NCBI GenBank assembly: GCA_017520935.1
Contig: JAFXEF010000045.1
Coordinates: forward strand, 44,469 to 108,468
DNA: 64,000 nucleotides
Direction: 5' to 3'
From: Bacteroidaceae bacterium
GTDB taxonomy: Bacteria; Bacteroidota; Bacteroidia; Bacteroidales; Bacteroidaceae
Shown: in pieces, positions 63,812 to 64,000 of the stretch
How the letters are laid out: the number at the start of each line of letters is the position of its first letter
Numbering within the stretch: the stretch's first letter is position 1
Notes under the pieces: model-generated
What the model saw: only the letters and a program-made list of their open reading frames with translations
What the model was told of the DNA's origin: nothing
The model's database searches: none
Translations under genes and position numbers: made by a program

Positions 63812-64000
63812 ATGAAAAAATTATCATTTTCACTCGTAGGGTTCATAGCAGCCCTTTCAACAATGTTTGTCGCTTGTTCACAGAACGAGGACGTAATGGG
63901 AAGCGAAAATATGACACCGGATGGCGAGGTCGTATATAACCTTCATCTGGAATGTTCGGCTCCGGGTTATGATGAGGACCTGAAAACTCGTGGTGCTACG
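63812..64000 (+). CDS. Lipoprotein, N-terminal part (runs off window)
   Basis: From ATG 63812 it reads MKKLSFSLVGFIAALSTMFVAC. The frame stays open to nt 64000. It is absent from the track because no stop is reached. Confidence 0.55.
   Translation, partial: MKKLSFSLVGFIAALSTMFVACSQNEDVMGSENMTPDGEVVYNLHLECSAPGYDEDLKTRGAT

Noticed and set aside
1-64000. I searched by eye for rRNA, tRNA, tmRNA, RNase P RNA, integrase and transposase genes.
   Set aside because: None recognised. The intergenic regions large enough to hold them (13547-13925, 31248-31710, 49413-50455) show no cloverleaf-like or conserved-core sequences that I can identify. A tRNAscan/Infernal run is still needed for certainty.

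Overview
The 64-kb window reads as a Bacteroidales chromosome segment, probably Prevotellaceae. The taxon is an inference from Bacteroides-type TTTG/TAnnTTTG promoter boxes and from lipoprotein, BACON and CarboxypepD_reg/beta-barrel genes.

Layout:
(i) nt 1-2540, plus strand: a phage/plasmid-like module. It holds a primase-adjacent ORF, a CHC2/Toprim primase, a hypothetical gene, a 40-codon membrane ORF and an M15 cell-wall peptidase.
(ii) nt 2540-4450: a decay zone with a truncated AAA ATPase and an internally deleted DegT-type aminotransferase, plus an intact PIN toxin-antitoxin pair.
(iii) nt 4450-42340, all minus strand: a very long capsule/O-antigen polysaccharide locus. It contains a CapD-like dehydratase, ugd, rmlC, fcl, gmd, an FnlA/reductase/2-epimerase trio, glycosyltransferases, acetyltransferases, a pyruvyl transferase, Wzx, Wzy and two initiating sugar transferases.
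(iv) nt 42.6-49.4 kb, plus strand: radA, an FAD oxidoreductase, an EF-hand membrane protein and an MFS transporter.
(v) A 1-kb hairpin-dense intergenic region, then a roughly 400-nt structured leader, then an AT-rich plus-strand operon. The operon holds two paralogous lipoproteins, a HydE-like and a HemN-like radical SAM enzyme, an exported tandem methyltransferase, a DMT transporter, an outer-membrane beta-barrel receptor, two exported proteins and a HAD hydrolase. BACON-type lipoproteins follow.

The polysaccharide locus is interrupted by accessory islands:
- a DUF262 / ABC-type ATPase / orphan three-gene cassette bracketed by a 137-bp direct repeat that duplicates the 5' end of a transferase gene;
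- a DUF3791-DUF3990-DUF3791 trio;
- a 989-aa N6-adenine methyltransferase plus PD-(D/E)xK nuclease island, with a four-helix-bundle gene, a Bro-N gene and a decayed TA pair.

Two sequence-level phenomena run through the whole window. First, degenerate low-complexity 'stutter' tracts sit at almost every operon boundary; many are strictly G-free on the coding strand just 5' of start codons. Second, short GC-rich CCCTC..GAGGG hairpin elements occur, several apparently inserted in frame inside conserved enzymes.

I recognised no rRNA, tRNA, CRISPR array, integrase or transposase. All family assignments rest on motifs I can read in the translations; no database search was run.
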